DNA of 64,000 nt from Camelus dromedarius (taxonomy: Eukaryota): contig NC_087436.1 in the NCBI RefSeq assembly GCF_036321535.1, positions 13,082,001 to 13,146,000 on the forward strand, written 5' to 3'. Under the pieces are notes generated by a model. The model saw nothing but the letters and a program-made list of their open reading frames with translations. It did no database searches and was not told the origin of the DNA. Shown piece after piece: positions 62,500 to 64,000 of the stretch. How positions within the stretch are numbered: position 1 is the stretch's first letter; every line of letters starts with the position of its first letter. The position numbers were made by a program, and so were the translations under genes.

Positions 62500-63667
62500 T
62501 AGTGTGTATTCTGCCATACCTGATTTTCTGTATGGTTACATTGCCAAAGGACGCGATGAACTTGACTGATTGCCAAAATGTTTACAGGAAAACAAATGGA
62601 AGTAAAGTACACTGCATTCTGGCCACATGACAGTTGATTGATTATACCACTATTTATAAGACAAATTGGTGAAGACTGAATAATGAGTGTAGGACAGAAA
62701 GTAACAGAGAGGGGAAATTTGGAAGGATAAACAAATTTTTAAATGAAGCAGTTTTCTGCAGAGCTGATATATTAGAGACGCAGGTCTCCACTTTGCCCCA
62801 GGTACCAAACTTGTGGAGTTTGGCCATAACCCGAATTTAATATGCTGTCTTTTGGAAATCTGATGAGAAATTAAGAATGAAATTGGTCATGTGCCAAATA
62901 CAAGAATTATTCCTGATTAACCAGAAATGCATGTCTTAATAGAGGGCAAGTATTGATAAAAGCAATAGATGGATGGTTGGCTGCCACCTAAGACATGTTT
63001 CCTTGGCCTTCTTTAGAAATAGAATGATTTTTTTCAAAGCTCTGTCTTGTAACATGGTATGGGTACAGACATTAAACTCTGAAGATTAATTTGTATATGT
63101 ATATCTTCATTTAATTTTCCTCCAGATACAGTAACTTTTGGTGAGAAATAATTTATCCACTCGGTGTCAGTTACATAGTTTTGCGTAGATAAAATTATGT
63201 TATTAGCTAATGATGAATTTCATAGAGTAATTTAGCAATATATTTCGAAATGAAGATTTTTTTATATAAATATTTCTACTATAAAAATTAAGAATGGAGG
63301 TCAGAAGTCTTTCTTCCCTTTATTCATACTGATATTTAGTTTTAACTGTCATTAGGTGGAGCAGTTTGGTGACCTGGTTAAAATAATTCTGTTTTGTACA
63401 GCTACTGTTTCAGAAACGTAGTGCTGTTGTGTGATGCTCATGGATTATGCAATCTCCTTCTGTCTGGTGAGCCCGAGAATCCATCCAAGATTCTTATCGC
63501 TTCCAGGAAAGAACACACCCTGCTGATGATGGTCCAGAAATCATCCAGGGTAGGCAACATGGTCAGGCTTTGGATAAGAGCTTAGGATTCTACTGTCAAA
63601 TCCAGAGGGCATGAGGTGCAGTTTTCTTAGTGGTTAGTGTGGGATTCAGCTATAGAAATATTTCCAT

Positions 63668-63710
63668 TGTGTGTGCGTGTGTGTGTTTGTGTGTGTGTGT
63701 GTGTGTGTGT
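63668..63710. repeat. (GT)n microsatellite
   Basis: Read directly from the sequence. Confidence 0.95.
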
Positions 63711-64000
63711 TTCAGTAAGCTTCATCTGTAAAATTATGTAAGATAATTGATTTCTCTTGACTGGAAAACACTGTAGGAAGCAGGGAGATAAATAATCCTA
63801 AGACTTCCTATGCTGATTTTATCAATTGTATATTAGAAATTGTATGAAACATGAAGGTTTTTAGACAAGCCTGGAATCCTAGGGCAAGTCATTTAGGCAT
63901 GGAATACTTAAATGTTAAAGGTTGGATGCATGTCTACTTTTCTTCATAGCATCCAGGGAGGAAGATTTCATGGTTTTTCTTAGAAAATAATAATAATTAC

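Overview
This is mammalian genomic DNA, probably camelid: it carries a tRNA-derived SINE resembling Vic-1, and I saw no ruminant BovB or pig PRE-1 repeats. The window holds the 3' part of the dachsous-type protocadherin gene DCHS2 on the + strand. Eight coding exons (8183-9040, 31802-31915, 41712-41923, 44687-44838, 54441-54571, 56426-56712, 57667-57799, 59633-62256) all have GT-AG boundaries and matching phases. They splice into one uninterrupted frame of 4511 nt (about 1503 aa): distal cadherin repeats, one transmembrane helix and a Dachsous cytoplasmic tail ending DEVQI. The 5' exons lie upstream of the window. The introns are mostly LINE-1 fragments of several ages, L2, MIR, solo LTRs, small DNA-transposon remnants and microsatellites. 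Nearly all other ORFs in the track are L1 remnants or chance ORFs. I found no convincing new multi-gene system. The best leads are all inferences: (1) closely related L1 copies in inverted orientation bracket an 858-nt, frame-symmetric, stop-free exon, a circRNA or editing candidate; (2) a well-signalled 24-nt stop-containing candidate microexon sits just upstream of a coding exon with a weak acceptor; (3) several L1 junctions carry templated-insertion or fold-back scars; (4) there is a Tyr-to-Cys change in a conserved Dachsous/Fat cytoplasmic motif. Repeat family names come from recall and need RepeatMasker/Dfam confirmation.
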